Numbered from the stretch's first letter, positions 1 to 21,255 are shown. The stretch: 64,000 nt of DNA from Octopus vulgaris (GCA_951406725.2 OX597823.1:98084001-98148000), one strand, 5' to 3'. Notes: generated by a model from the sequence alone, not told the origin. A program made the numbers and translations.

Positions 1-1428
1 TCTACTATTAGAGGATTTCAATAGCTGAATGGAGATGATAGTGTTGCTTTCTCATCTGAAGGGCTTGCAAGGTCCTATCTCATTATTGTGAAAGCAAAGT
101 GACTGTGAGGATTACATACTGGAGTACCAGCTCAAAGGTTTTTGAATTCAATATTCCACTGCAGGCATTTCATTGTATATTTGTGCTGTACAATTTAATT
201 CTACTGCCTCAGTTGACCTTCTGTCAAGAATAGGTACCAGTTCAAATGTAAATGTTGCCTGCAATAGATCAACAACCTATTCCAGTTGGTAGTTTGTCTC
301 TTTTGCTTAATGCCTTGGAGTTAAAGTTATGTACTAGCCATAATAATATTTATTGTAGGGGTGGGGCTTAGGAAACAGTTTGTTTTATGCCATCACTAGC
401 GCTGTCTGTGCTTGTGACCAGGCCCTAAAACTTTTCTGTCTCATTTACCTAGCAGTAGAGCAGGTAAACATAGGGGGCATGAATGACTTGATATTGGAGT
501 GCTAAACTAACCAGAAACCAAGTGTGCTAATGCTGTGATAGGTTCAGATATTCTCTCATGACAGAGAATATGTGTGAATGTCAACCAATCAATCTCCCCT
601 CTGCTTCCTCCCTCTTCCACAAAGAAGTAAGGCTCTGTGCCTACATAAAAATCATTACCAATATTCTGATGGATACTTCTGTAAAGCGATATGTTTATAG
701 CAAAAGAGTTACCAGAACCAAGGTTTCCATTCCTAGATGGAACTGACACATTCAATTCCTCGTTTGCTTTAAAATTCAAGGCTTTCATGCCTGCCTATGT
801 ATAATGAAATTTTATTTTTATTTTCTGTTCAGTAATTTATCTTACCTAACTCATCTCCTTTCCCTTTTTCTTTCTTCTGGATAGACTTTTCCTTTACTTT
901 TTTTTTTTTGCCAAATTTGATGTTCATTCGACATGAATCACAAATTTCAATTTCTCATTGGTTGAGCCAATACTGATTGGACATTGACAACAAAATTTGT
1001 TGTTGTTGCTGCTGCTGTTGTATCCATTGTCACATCCTATAATTAACTAACACCACTCTCTATTTGTTGTACTGGACCATATTCTATAATGTTCAGCCCA
1101 GCAAGAAGTCTTGGTTTGTATGTGTGTGTTTTTGTTTGTTTTTAACCAGTTCCATAAATTTGTGTGTATCTATGCATGTGTGTGTGTATATGAGTGTACA
1201 CATATACACATATGCATGTGTGCACAACACTGAGATTTATTGTCTGCCATCTCATAATGTAAGGCTTCGTGTTTTGCTTCGTGTACGCTCACATTGATAA
1301 AGCTGCATTGGATCCAAGCTACAGTATCAGCACACACCCTCTTGTATTTGCCAGCATCGATTAATTAGGGGATGGCTAAGACAAGTTGCAGGTGTATCAT
1401 CATCATCATCATTATTATTATTATTATT

Positions 1429-1648
1429 AAGGCAGTGAGCTAGCAGAATTGTTAGCACACTGGACAAAATGCTTAGCTGCATTTCATGTCTTAACGTTCT
1501 GAGTTCAAATTCAACCCTGGTCGCCTTTGCCTTTCATCCTGTTGGGGTTAATGAAATAAGTACCATTTGATCGCTGGGGTCTATATAACTGACTAGCCCC
1601 TCTCACAAAATTTCTGACCTTCTGCTTGTAGTAGAAAGGATATTATTA
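1429..1648 (+). mobile_element. tRNA-derived SINE, family A
   Basis: tRNA-like head (GGCAGTGAGCTAGCAGAA...GAGTTCAAATTC), core CTTTGCCTTTCATCC...AAATAAGTACC and an (ATT)n tail. Related copies at about 17940-18050(-), 18095-18235(-), 31850-31990, 32030-32200(-), 52640-52835 and 62725-62900. Confidence 0.75.
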
Positions 1649-3239
1649 TAGAGAAGGCTCAGACAGGAAGCTTTGCTTTTTGGGGGAAGGGCGGTGGGGT
1701 TCTTTATTGTTTCCTTTAACATCAATGCTTCAATGATTTCTGTTCAAATTCTATTGAAGTAGCTTTGTGTTGAAAAATATATATAAATACCAGTTATGTA
1801 CTGCTGTGGAATCAGTTGACTTCAGCTCCTCCTTAGAAGGTTGGCCTTATTACTAGTAAAACAAAAAAATAACAATCATTATTAGCGCTGTTTACATGTG
1901 AGATGGGGAGAAAAACTCCATTTGCTTTTGTCTTTCATGAAATGAAAGCTACTTTATATAATATTGTGTTTTTTTTTACTTTATTTTGTTTTTGTTTTTT
2001 GTTCTAATGTTTTTGGTGACCAATTCATTTATACTCCATCTACTGTCTGATGTGTGTGTTGTTCCATACACATACACAACACATAAACCATTTACATTGT
2101 CATATACTGTATAATGTATATTATCAACATATATTCTATAATATACAGTATATTGTATAATACAGTATGCAGCGTAGATCTTTGTGTTTTATATATATAT
2201 TTTATAGTGTGTAATATTATATAAACAGAGATTGTATAATATCTGTATTATGTGTACAATATGTTATACTCTGTGTGTGTGTGTGGGTGTGTGTGTGTAC
2301 TACAAAATGTTTTGCTGGTGTTGCTTCAGTCAGTTCTTTCTTTATACAGCAGCACACTGAAACAGATTCTTGTGAGCATAATTCCTTTCAGCCCATCATC
2401 TAATGAAGCCATTAGTTTGCAAACTTTTTACCATCAGTTCAGAAGATACCTGCTCTACAACATGGAGGTGTCCTCTCCAAATGATGCTAGCTGATAAATG
2501 AAAAGTATAAATTTTACACAGAACAGAAAAAGCAAAAACCAAAAAAAAAAAAAAAAAAAGAAAAGAAAGAAAGAAAGAAAAAAGAAAAAAATTATAATAA
2601 ATAAATTTTGAAAATGACAAAAAAAAAACGAAACCCAACAAAAAAAAAAGAAAAGAAAGACAAAAGAACAAGACTTTGCCTAGTTTGGTCAACTAGGTTG
2701 CAACTTAATGCAATTGCAATCCACTGCATCAATATTTTAGAGAGAATTTGTACAAAGTAAAGCATCAAACAACCTTCTGCTGGTGTTCTTACTCATCTGT
2801 TGCATGTTGTGAAATTCAATCCATGTTGGAAAATGTGAAATGTTTACACTTTAAGAATTCCAATTTTATTTTTTTTATTTTTTTTTTTTTGCATTCTAAC
2901 GCCATCAAATTATAGGAGCCTCTGTCTTACTGTATCTCTTTCCCTCCCTTAGTCTCTCTTTCTCCCTCTCTCCCTCCTTCACTATCTCTCTCCTTCCCTC
3001 TCTCAGCTTTTTCTAACTGCAATTTATTATATGACAGGCATGCATGGCAGATATGTTGATCAGAAGAGCAGTATACATTGAAATACACACTCACACGTAC
3101 TTAAGTGGCTCAAAAAACTACAGGAGTCACTCTGAAGCTGAGAATTTCCTTCAGCCGTTTACATATATGCTCATGTTCTGAGTTCAATTTCTCCTCTTTC
3201 TTTCACAAACATATATATGTGTTTGTGTATGCTTATGCA

Positions 3240-3252
3240 AACATACATACAA

Positions 3253-3286
<34 letters not shown>

Positions 3287-3307
3287 CTGTAGATATGTGT
3301 GTGTGTG

Positions 3308-3348
<41 letters not shown>

Positions 3349-3451
3349 GTATGTATGCAATGTATATCTATATACTATGTATACATGTATGTATATATAT
3401 ATATATATGTATGTATGCAATGTATATCTATATACTATGTATACATGTATG

Positions 3452-3488
<37 letters not shown>

Positions 3489-3940
3489 ACAATGTATATA
3501 TGTATGTATGTATACAATGTATATATGTATGTATGTATACAATGTATATATGTATGTATGTATACAATGTATATATATATGTATGTATGTATGTATACAA
3601 TGTATATATGTATGTATGTATGTATACAATGTATATATATATGTATGTATGTATACAATGTATATATATATGTATGTATGTACACAATGTATATATATAT
3701 GTATGTATACAATGTATATATATATATATCTATGTATATGTATCTATATATATATATATCTGTGTATACTTGTATATCTATCTATATATATATATCTGTG
3801 TATAAATTTATATGTATATATACATCTGTGTATGAATGTATATGCATATATACATCTGTGTATGAATGTATATGCATATATATATCTGTGTATAAATGTA
3901 TACACATATATATATCTGTATCTGAATGTATATGAATATA
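3240..3940. repeat. (TA)n/(TATG)n compound micro/minisatellite
   Basis: Repeated TATGTATGTATACAATGTATATA-type units, followed by TACATCTGTGTATGAATG units. Confidence 0.95.
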
Positions 3941-4224
3941 CAGGGACACCTCGACTTGCGCGAGTAATTGGGGGACGCGCAATTCGAAATTCGCGCAAGT
4001 CAAGTACCAGATATTGTTTTCTATAAATATTTTCCGGGATAACTGCTAAATATTGTTTTATTAAAGAAACACTTGGAGAAAGTATTGAATGAACTTTCTT
4101 TCTATTTGAAACCAAAACATTTTTATTGGTGACTGCTTTGTACGAATACAAATTACAAGCGCAAGTCAAGAATACAACTCGCGCAGCCTGAACACTAGGT
4201 ATCGCGCAAGTCGGGGAATCCCTG
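3941..4224. mobile_element. Tc1/mariner (pogo/Tigger-like) MITE
   Basis: Imperfect TIRs of about 23 bp: CAGGGACACCTCGACTTGCGCGA and TCGCGCAAGTCGGGGAATCCCTG. TA on both flanks; no coding capacity. Confidence 0.85.
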
Positions 4225-4284
4225 TATATATTTCGTTTTGGTATTTGGTTTGCAAGATTCTTAATATGAGTTTGTGTGTTGAAG

Positions 4285-4600
4285 CATATTCTGTTGCATC
4301 TGAGGAGAGTCATTTTCTTTTTGTGCCTTATAATGTAACACACTCACCAGTAAAATTTCCACTTATTTCCTATTTTTATTTTCCTAAGAGTTTAGTTGTG
4401 TCTTGCAACCTTTTCAGTAGTCTTGACTCTTTTTTTTTTACCTTTTCAATAGTCTTCAGAGTCAAGACTATTGAAAAGGTTGCAAGACGCAACGAAAAAT
4501 TTTGGAAAAAAACAAAAAATAAGTGGAAATTTTACCGGTGAGTGTGTTACATTATAAGGCACTAAAAGAAAATGACTCTCCCCAGACACAACAGAATATG
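4285..4600. repeat. Long imperfect inverted repeat (arms about 145 bp)
   Basis: CATATTCTGTTG...GTCTTGACTCT (4285-4430) is mirrored by AGAGTCAAGAC...CAACAGAATATG (4458-4600). Confidence 0.9.
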
Positions 4601-4664
4601 AATATATACATATCTGTATATATTTCTAGATCTATATACATTTGTATATATATATATATATATA

Positions 4665-5168
4665 ATAGCAGTATCGCCTGGCGTTGCTCGGGTTTTTTAA
4701 GGGAAATAACTATATGAGCATTTTTAGAGAGCTACTTCCCTTATAGATGCTAATTCGGGCTTTCTTAGCTTTCTGTTTTGGTGTCTTCAAGCCATGAAGT
4801 CGTTGTTCTAAAAGAACGCTGGTCTCCTTGACAACGCTTTACGACGTTGATTTCCTTACGCTCCCTTCCCCACAGCTTCAGAGGGAGGGAAGAAGGGGAG
4901 AAGCGTGCAGGTGTGACCATGGACGCCAACTCCACCGCCATCGACGCACGAAAAATTATGCATTAAAATGGAATAAAAAATTATGTTAAATTATTTTTGA
5001 AATCATAGACTCATCGTAGACGCGCGCTAATACTCAGACGGGCTCGATATGAATCACGACTATAAGATACCCGAATTTGGTTAAACTGCACCGCAAAATG
5101 TGGGAGTAGTTAGGAATCTAAATCGAAGGGGACAGACACTCACACAACTACAGTTTTATATATATAGA
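4665..5168 (-). mobile_element. Non-autonomous Helitron-like element, family H1
   Basis: On the minus strand it starts A|TCTATATATAT and ends with a GC hairpin (CCCGAGCAACGCCAGG) followed by a degenerate CTAG (CTAT). The same terminus occurs with intact CTAG at 22918. Confidence 0.7.
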
Positions 5169-5244
5169 TGTGTGTGTGTATAAATATATATGTATATATA
5201 TGTATATTTCTATGTCTGTGTATAAATATATATGTATATACATG

Positions 5245-5475
5245 GAAATCAGAAATCAGAACCAAAATCGAAGTCGATCAGCATCATTGAAAATTGCAGC
5301 TGTGATACCAGTGCCGGTGGCACGTAAGCGAAGCATCCAACCATGGCCGTTGCCAGTGGCATGTAAAAAGCACCACTCGACCGTGGCCGTTGCCAGCCTC
5401 ACCTGGCCCCTGTGCCGGTGGCACGTAAAAAGCACCATCCGATCATGGCCGTTGCCAGCCTCGCCTGGCCCCCGT
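5245..5475 (+). mobile_element. Partial copy of high-copy repeat family C (GTGGCACGTAAAAAGCACC units)
   Basis: Tandem GTGGCACGTAAAAAGCACC...GGCCGTTGCCAG subunits, shared with the fuller copies at 31320, 37268 and 39040. Confidence 0.75.
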
Positions 5476-6669
<1,194 letters not shown>

Positions 6670-7680
6670 GTTTAATATTGTTAATAATTATTGTTAATTA
6701 GCCTTAAGATTAAATTAAATAACGTTTAATATTGTTTTAATATTGTTAATAATTTTTCAGATACTCTATCTTCTAATTAGCCTTAAGATTAAATTAAATA
6801 ACGTTTAATATTAATAACGTCTAATTAGCCTTAGGATTAAATTAAATAACGTTTAATATTGTTAATAATTATTGTTAATTAGCCTTAGGATTAAAAAAAA
6901 AAAATAAATAAAAAAAAAAAAAAAAAAATAGGATTAAATTAAATAACGTTTAACGTTTAATATTGTTTAATATTGTTAATAATTACTGTTAATTAGCCTT
7001 AAGATTAAATTAAATAACGTTTAATATTGTTTTAATATTGTTAATACTTCTTCAGATACTCTATCTTCTAATTAGCCTTAAGATTAAATTAAATAACGTT
7101 TAATATTACCCACACTCTAATATAATATTAACATTGCTAATATATTTTCACATACTCTATCTCCTGATTAGCCTTAAGATTAAATAACGTTTTTATCCAC
7201 ACTCTAATATAATATTAATATTGCTAATATATTTTCAGATACTCTATCTTCTAATTAGCCTTAAGATTAAATTAAATAACGTTTAATATTAATAACGTCT
7301 AATTAGCCTTAAGATTAAATTAAATAACGGTTAATATTGCTTAATATTGTATATATAATTTTTCAGATACTCTGTCTTCTAATTAGCCTTAAGATTAAAT
7401 TAAATAACGTTTAATATTACCCGCACTCTAATATAATATTAATACTGCTAATATATTTTCAGATACTCTATCTCCAAATTAGCCTTAAGATTAAATAACG
7501 TTTTTTTACCCACACTCTAATATAATATTAATATTGCTAATATATTTTCAGATACTCTATCTCCTAATTAGCCTTAAGATTAAATAACGTTTTTACCCAA
7601 ATAACGTTTTTACACAAACTTTAATATTGTTAATATTTCTTTTTCAAGTACTCTATCTTCTAATTAGCCTTAATATCTTC
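6670..7680 (+). repeat. AT-rich complex tandem array directly upstream of the LINE ORFs
   Basis: About 13 copies of ATTAGCCTTAAGATTAAA(TTAAA)TAACGTT, interleaved with TTTTCAGATACTCTATCTTCT and CCACACTCTAATATAATATTAA modules. Confidence 0.9.
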
Positions 7681-7734
7681 CTGTCTTCTCTCGAACATAA
7701 TTAGATAGATAAACGGATAGACGGATTATCCAGC

Positions 7735-8034
7735 ATGTCCAGAGCATGGAGACGTGACGAGCTGGATTTATTTGTACGAGCATGGGAGTGCGCCGGCGGA
7801 GATAGCCCTAGCGAGGTGATTGCGGCTGCGCTGAAGAGCAGAGGCTACAAGAGGACAGCGGCTCAGATGGAGCGAAAGAGACAGGAATTCGTGCGCTCAT
7901 ATGCGCTTGTACGGTCGCACATTGGCGCACTTGATGCCATCTTTGAGAACGAGCGGAGCAAAGATGGCAAGAATGGAGACGATGAAAGAAGTCACCCCCC
8001 ACCTGGTGGACGCCCAGGAGGAGGTTTTGAATGA
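7735..8034 (+). CDS. Trihelix Myb/SANT-like domain ORF (probable N-terminus of LINE ORF1)
   Basis: WRRDELDLFVRAW...IAAALKSRGYKRTAAQMERKRQEFVRSY resembles the Myb/SANT-like trihelix pattern W..E...L...W...IA..L...GY.RT..Q...K.....Y. Confidence 0.6.
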   Translation: MSRAWRRDELDLFVRAWECAGGDSPSEVIAAALKSRGYKRTAAQMERKRQEFVRSYALVRSHIGALDAIFENERSKDGKNGDDERSHPPPGGRPGGGFE

Positions 8035-8648
8035 GAAACCTGCCCGGGAAGTGAACCCAGGTGCAAGTTCTCCAACCGGCAGCAAGGGCCATGGAGACGG
8101 AGAACTCGGTGAAGAGGTAGAGGGAGGAAGAAGAACTAAAAGAAGGACTGGAAGAGCTAAAGGAAAAGAAAAAGCTCAAGCAGGACCAAAGAGAGAAACA
8201 ACCAGGAGTAGAAGTGGAACCGCAAAGGATGGAACCAAACAGCGCACACGGGTGTGTATGTTCTACCTGAGAGGTTCCTGCTGGCACGGAAAGGAAGGTG
8301 CAGGCTGCCGCTTTGCACATCGGGGACCCTGCCACAGAGACACGAGGCAGATGGACAAACCATCAACACAAAGAAAGGGATGGACTACGCACCACCTGCC
8401 CCAAAGCGGAGGTACGCAGATGTTGTGCGCGCCACAAACAGCCAACATGATGTTGTCGAAAGAGCAGCTGCTGAGCAACAATCTTTTTGTGCATGGCACA
8501 AAAGATCGTACAGCAGCTGACCTGGCTTCATCAAACCCAAGCCCGCAGGTGGGACTACCCACTATATACCAGACCACCACAGCAAACAGACACAGGATGG
8601 ACACCGCCGGCAACAACAACGTACACCTCACCTCGATACTCCTACTGA
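7964..8648 (+). CDS. LINE ORF1 central/C-terminal part with CCCH zinc finger (frameshifted as assembled)
   Basis: CMFYLRGSCWHGKEGAGCRFAH (C-x7-C-x8-C-x3-H). In the mirror copy this continues in one frame through RRYADVV...QQSFLCMAQKIVQQL...PRYSY* (stop corresponds to TGA 8646-8648). Confidence 0.6.
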
Positions 8649-9371
8649 ACATCAGAGGACTGCAAACACTCAGTAACAGGACAAAGATCCCGTTCCTGAG
8701 AGACTTTGTTGCATGCAATCAAGCCTTATGCATAGCACTTACAGAAACGCACCTGAAACCGGACATAGCAGATGCGGAGTTACACATACCACAGTATGCT
8801 GTACTACGGACCGACAGGAAAGAAAGGAGTCATGGAGGTGTTGCTATGTACATCCGTGAGGACCTCACACCCCAGGTCCTCTTGTCATACTCAAACTCGG
8901 TGTGTGACACACTAATTGTACATATTAGGCAACTTGATGTAGTTGTGTGTGCTACATATCGCCCTCCAGATGCCCCAAGCCATGTGGGCAAGTTCGAAGA
9001 CTGCCTTATAAAAATAGAAGAAATTCTAACCACATTAGAACAACACATAGGTGTGCTTCTTATGGGAGACTTCAATCTGCCCAATGTCAGATGGCCCGAG
9101 GGCCTTTCTCTCCCAGGAATGTCAAGATGTGAACGAGGACAGGCGAGGTCCCTCCTGAACCTCATCAACACCCTGTACATGGAGCAGGTAATACTCCAAC
9201 CAACCAGGGCAGGTAACACACTGGATCTCTGCTTCACAAATGACATGGATCTCATCCATAATGTGAAAGTGACACCGACACTACTCTCGGATCACAACAT
9301 GGTAGAGCTGACCATGTACGGGCCAAAAGAGAGCACGGACATGCAGCCTACAAGAAACCCTCAAAATCTTT
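8597..9371 (+). CDS. LINE ORF2 APE endonuclease domain (CR1 group), truncated at the fold-back hinge
   Basis: Motifs NIRG, LTETHL, RTDR...GGVA, YRPP, GDFNLP, PTRAGNTLDL and SDH in an uninterrupted frame; RT domain absent. Confidence 0.9.
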
Positions 9372-17839
<8,468 letters not shown>

Positions 17840-17939
17840 NNNNNNNNNNNNNNNNNNNNNNNNNNNNNNNNNNNNNNNNNNNNNNNNNNNNNNNNNNNNN
17901 NNNNNNNNNNNNNNNNNNNNNNNNNNNNNNNNNNNNNNN
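17840..17939. other. Assembly gap (100 N)
   Basis: Run of exactly 100 N, typical of a scaffolding spacer of unknown size. Confidence 0.99.
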
Positions 17940-18239
17940 GTTGGTTCAAGTTGATTACATCAACCCTAGTACTCAACCAGTACTTATTTTATCAACCCTG
18001 ACAGAAGAAAAGATAAAGCCGACCTCAGTGGAATGTGAACTTATAATATGAAGACTCAAAAGAAATGGTGCTTTCAGCTCACCCCCTTAATAATAATGGT
18101 TTCAAATTTTGGCACAAGGCCATCAAATCCAGGGGAGGAATTAGTTGATTGCATTGATATCCCAGTGATCTATTGTACTTATTTTATCAATCCCAAAAGG
18201 GACAAAAGGCAAAGTTGACTTCAGTGGAATTTGAATAAT

Positions 18240-19737
18240 AATAATAATGATTTCGTTATTAACCATAAAGGTTTACATTAAGAAAAACATGGACAGTACA
18301 GGACAAAACAAAAGAATGTGTGTGTGTATGTGTATGTTATGCAGGTTGTGCATGTAAACAAGACTAACAAAATTTAAAAAAGAAAAACAACAGTGTGTAA
18401 TCCTCAATAGGGAGGTGACATTCGAGGGCTGCCAATGGAAAAATCCCATAAAAACCATGGGTACCCTGACTTTTGGGGTAGGTGCCTTTTTTTCACTTGC
18501 ACCATTCTTACCATTTATATCCACCTTTCAGCAAACTGGCTAGAAGACAACACTTCCCTCTCTTCCCTTATTTTCCTTTCCAAGTGAAACTTGAAGTTGA
18601 TTAGGGATTGGCCAACGAGAAAACTGTTTATCGTCAGCTCCTTCAATCTCATCCACCATACAACCTCTTTCACAATGGCCACCAGGCATATAAACACAGC
18701 CTTTCCTTCCCAGTTAAAGGAAAGTGGCAGGGCAATCTTCACAATGGATTCAGTTGACAGCTAGATCTGTCCTACACACGACAGCAGTTGTTTGACATAA
18801 ACCCACAGGTCACCAGTTCTTGGGAACTGGACGAGTGCATACAGTACCATCTTGTCTTGCGCACATCCTGTCTTGCTCAGTTCTGTGCCTATAAAGTTTA
18901 TCTCAAACAGGTATAGCTCCCTGGTAGCACTGCCAGGTCAAAGATTTTTGGAAATTATCCATCGGTCCCAGGCTGAAAGTTCTCCAGAAAAGAGTGGCTA
19001 GCTGATCTTCTTCAATACCCAAGGTCTCCTCAAGAACGTTGTCGCATTTTCCCTCCACTAATCCTCTATAAAAAGTTAAAGTGGATGTTCTGCCTATTGC
19101 AGTGTCTGATTGGCTGAGGGCTGTGAGCGCTTGAAGACACTCCACTTTCCAAATGCACTCCCTCGGTTTGTTTTACCCAGGGCTGCAGCTCTGTTAAAGA
19201 AACTGTCTGTGGAAATACATGTCTGGCGAACAGCAACCACACCTGTTCACTGTTGAGGAAGCACTGGAGATGTTGTAGCCTCAGCGCATGTCTGTGTGTC
19301 GTCAACCACAGCATGCCCAGGCCACCTTACAGCAGGTGTTGACAGCAAATAGACTGTCTAACTATTGGAATGTGTCCTTCCACAAGAAGCGGAAGAGTAT
19401 ACACTCCAGTGTAATCAGATGGTGGCTGGGACAAGGTACGACAATCAAATGATACTAGATGATAGAATACGATATCCACATTAGTCATCTCTGCCCGACC
19501 TTTCAGGGATAGCTTTCTCTCAGCCCATTTCTGGGTGAGAGTAGTCACCCTGCTTGTTACCTCATCCCAGATTTTGTCCATCTGGAGGTCCAGACCAAAC
19601 CAGACCCCAAGCAATTTAACTGGTCTGTCCATCCAGTGCCCAGTAACACAGTTGGACAGCATGGACTTGCTTCTCCAGATGCCGAGCCTCAAGCCCACTG
19701 ATTTTTCTTGGTTAATCATCGCTCCTGAAACTGCCTA
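18240..19737 (-). mobile_element. 5'-truncated degenerate L1/Tx1-clade LINE (ORF2 C-terminal half plus 3' tail)
   Basis: INQEKSVGLRLG...VKLLGVWFG...WAERKLSLKGRA and GLGMLWL...ALRLQHL, broken by frameshifts; ends in an (ATT)n tail. Confidence 0.8.
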
Positions 19738-20216
19738 ATAAATATAAACATTACTACCCGTAACATACTAGGTATTTAATGCAGTTGACTACTCCCTCTA
19801 ACAATTAGGTTTGTGCCTCAAAAAAATCACTATTGCTCAGTGTGATGTAACCATTGAGTGTGCACTTGCTTAGTATCTGGTTATTACAGGCTTGTGGATA
19901 TATATTATACACAATTGTCATGTTGGATAGATCCAGTGATCTATCGCTATTTTCCAGATGGTACATCAAGTTGCCATCTAGATAAAGTTGAACCAGAAGC
20001 TTTACATTATCTAGTTTTGTGCCTCATTTCAAATCTAATAGAATATGCTTTGGATTCTTGTTGCTTCAGCTGTTAGTGTCAAGGCTCTGCTATATAATAC
20101 AATTAATTGTGAAAATAAGCAAGAATAGGAAGAACTTAGTAAAATAGGTTTTAACTTACATACAGTCACTAATAGACTATCTGTGTTGTTGATGTTGTAT
20201 TCCTTTTTGTATTTAA

Positions 20217-20436
20217 CCCTTTCGTTACTGTATTTATTTTGAGATGCTCTCTGTTTCTTTCAATTACTTTAAATATAACAAAGAATTTAGTAAAATTACT
20301 TGGTTATCATTAAGCTAGTGTTATGAACATAAATTGAGACTAAGGTTTGGTGGAAGATTTTAATTCAAAACTTATGAAAACAAGGCATTTGTACTCAGAG
20401 CCAGAGCCGGTTTCAGCCGGGTTGGTAACGAAAGGG
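20217..20436. mobile_element. piggyBac-type MITE
   Basis: Perfect 12-bp TIRs CCCTTTCGTTAC / GTAACGAAAGGG with TTAA on both sides. A decayed relative lies at about 26232-26430. Confidence 0.88.
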
Positions 20437-21083
20437 TTAAAGGGCTTTTTAATCCAATATTTGCACAATATTATTTGTAGATTTATCTACTTTGAAATCC
20501 ATCATTCACAAAAAAGAATTATGTGATGTTCTCTTGAAGTTTATAAATTCTTATGACATCAACAACATAGAATTCTTGCTGGTAAGAATAAAGTTTCTAA
20601 ATGGATAGAGAAATTCAAAGGAATGCTTTGGTCCAATAGTGGAATGCCTGTCATGTTCACAGGAAATGTGGGTTTGAGTCCCATGAGCAGCCTTCAACGT
20701 TTTCTGTCCAAAAAGGTTTTTTAACCCAATATTTGTTTACATCCTATTATTTATAGCTTTATATGCTTCAAGATCCACCTTGCCAAAAAAGGAATTATGT
20801 CAGAATTGTGAACTAGGAGTTGTCTCATGCAGGTTTGCATCAAAAGAGTTAAGATGCTGGACAACTGACTATGGTTGTGAGTTCAAAACTAACCATTGTT
20901 ATGTGACACTGAACAAAGCACATAACTTTGTTTGCCCCAGTATGGAAAAAAAAAGACCCTACTCTCCTCACTCATGTTTGTATGAAAATCATTGATATAA
21001 ATCAGTAAAACATCTACTTAATGACAAAGAGTTTTTGTTTGGGAAAGAGATTGCCTTTCTGACATCTTCTTTGTTACTTTTAG

Positions 21084-21255
21084 GTACAACGATGTTCTCA
21101 AGAATGGACTTCCTGATTGGAAGCAACCTGTTTTTTACTATCGGCGAGTTCGTAAAATGGGTTTACTTGAGCTTAGTGTTTTAATGTTCCTGATTCTGAC
21201 TGTGGGCCAATACCTAGTCATCTGGTCAGTTTACTTAGAGCGGAAGTTTACTGTG
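21084..21255 (+). CDS. DNAJC1: DNAJC1 exon (end of J domain plus transmembrane helix)
   Basis: YNDVLKNGLPDWKQPVFYYRRVRKMGLLELSVLMFLILTVGQYLVIWSVYLERKFTV; tag|...|gtaag. Confidence 0.93.

Larger units (their letters stand above)
6670..9371 (+). mobile_element. CR1-group non-LTR retrotransposon, 5' portion
   Basis: Tandem array, ORF1-like region and APE endonuclease adjacent to a (TA)n array. Inclusion of the tandem array in the element is inferred. Confidence 0.75.

Noticed and set aside
1429-1520. tRNA genes (also at 37014, 54100-54180, 58300-58378)
   Set aside because: tRNA-like A/B boxes continue into multi-copy SINE bodies; no complete cloverleaf.
2520-2680. A-rich tract as a processed-pseudogene tail
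   Set aside because: No upstream coding homology or TSD could be identified; treated as low-complexity sequence.
6670-7680. CRISPR-like repeat-spacer appearance
   Set aside because: Spacers are related to each other and vary widely in length; eukaryotic context; no cas genes.
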